A stretch of DNA of 64,000 nt from NCBI RefSeq assembly GCF_963921235.1, contig NC_086101.1, positions 11,782,001 to 11,846,000 of the forward strand, written 5' to 3'. The position numbers were made by a program, and so were the translations under genes. Below, in pieces: positions 62,700 through 64,000 of the stretch (position 1 is its first letter; every line of letters begins with the position of its first letter). Source of the stretch: Mobula hypostoma. Its lineage: Eukaryota. The notes below the pieces were generated by a model. The model saw only the letters and a program-made list of their open reading frames with translations. It did no database searches and had not been told where the DNA came from.

Positions 62700-63147
62700 A
62701 ACATAGAACATAGAATAGTACAGCACATTACAGGCCCTTCGGCCCACAATGTTGTGCCGACCCTCAAACCCTGCCTCCCATATAAGCCTCCAACTTAGAT
62801 TCCTCCATATACCTGTCTAGTAGTCTCTTAAACTTCACTAGTGTATCTGCCTTCACCACTGACTCAGGCAGTGCATTCCACACACCAACCACTCTCTGAG
62901 TAAAAAACCTTCCTCTAATATCCCCCTTGAACTTCCCACCCCTTACCTTAAAGCCATGTCCTCTTGTATTGAGCAGTGGTGCCCTGGGGAAAAGGCGCTG
63001 GCTATCCACTCTATCTATTCCTCTTGTTATCTTGTACACCTCTATCATGTCTCCTCTCATCCTCCTTCTCTCCAAAGAGTAAAGCCCTAGCTCCCTTAAT
63101 CTCTGATCATAATGCATACTTTCTAAACCAGGCAGCATCCTGGTAAC
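62700..63147 (-). mobile_element. CR1 3' end (same subfamily as 5745-7678)
   Basis: TRMLPGLESMHYDQRLRELGLYSLERRRMRGD..; (TTCTATG)n tail. Confidence 0.92.
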
Positions 63148-63890
63148 ATGGTAATCACATGTTAACCTTTTCATTCCTGGAATCATTTTTGTCTTGTTTT
63201 ATCATTCTTCTGGCCTTGTTTAATGTCTTTTTCAGCAAGCTAGATTTTTGCATATAGACATTTAAAAGCAGAACAAAAATGGAAAGTGCATCCCTTTAGA
63301 ACAGAGAATAGGAAGAATATCTTTAGCCAGAGGGAGGTGAATCATTTTGCCACATACGGCTGTGGAGTCCAAGTCATTGGGAATATTCAAAGGAGAAGTT
63401 TTTATAAGAAACACTAGAGGAACTCAGCAGGTCAGACAGCATCTATGGGAATAGATCAACAGTTGACGTTTCAGGCCGAGTCCCTTCATCGGGAGAAGTT
63501 GATGAGTTCCTGGTAGGTAAAGGGTGTCAAAGGTTACATGTAGACGGCAGGAAAATTGGGGTTCAGAGGGTTAATAAATCAGCCATGATGGAATAACAGC
63601 AGACTCGATGGGCTGAACTGTCTAATTTTGCTCCGATGTCTTATGACAAGTTGGGCAGCATCCGTGGAATGGGAAGCAATTAATATTCTTTGGTCTGATA
63701 AACATCCCTCCATCTAGAAATGTTATCGGTTTCTCTTCCCACGGATGCTGCCTGACTTGCTGAGATGTTCCATCATCTTCTGCTTTTGTTCAGATTTAGA
63801 AACATCACGGCTTTGTAATGGTTTCATTCTGCTATCCATGCAAAGACAATTGGTGTTCATTTCCCTTTGTTTTTGTTTATTTTCTTTCAG

Positions 63891-63913
63891 GATGAAATCA
63901 GAGAGAATAGAAG
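63891..63913 (+). CDS. TRIM-D exon 4 (23-nt microexon; gene continues past the window)
   Basis: Long pyrimidine tract, TTTCAG|GATGAAATCAGAGAGAATAGAAG|GTGGGT. Confidence 0.85.
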
Positions 63914-64000
63914 GTGGGTCATGTCCTTTTATTACAGTACTGAATGATTGGATAAAATATCTCAGTAAACAAATACGCTGATTTTTGTAACTAATTGTTT

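Overview
Eukaryotic, repeat-dense vertebrate DNA. The repeat content (many CR1 LINEs, Rex1/Babar LINEs, V-SINEs, Penelope remnants) suggests a cartilaginous fish, probably a ray or shark; this is inference. The window is part of a TRIM gene cluster (RING-B-box-coiled coil-PRY/SPRY, i.e. B30.2). TRIM-A has exons 1-3 on the minus strand and runs off the left edge. TRIM-C is one complete six-exon gene on + (28745-48468, 475 aa, one GC-AG intron). TRIM-D has exons 1-4 on + and runs off the right edge. There is also a 3'-half pseudogene (TRIM-B, 24183-26002) and an orphan but intact exon 4-5 module on + (3290-3517). Most remaining sequence is transposon-derived: CR1, Rex1/Babar, RTE and I/Nimb LINEs, V-SINEs, Tc1 and hAT elements, a solo LTR, and minisatellites, two of which arose inside transposons. 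The most notable non-coding signal is a Penelope-like repeat family carrying minimal hammerhead ribozyme motifs. It forms three fold-back structures in TRIM-C introns, and within that gene only antisense copies keep an intact catalytic core. All coordinates and identities were read by eye; no searches were run.
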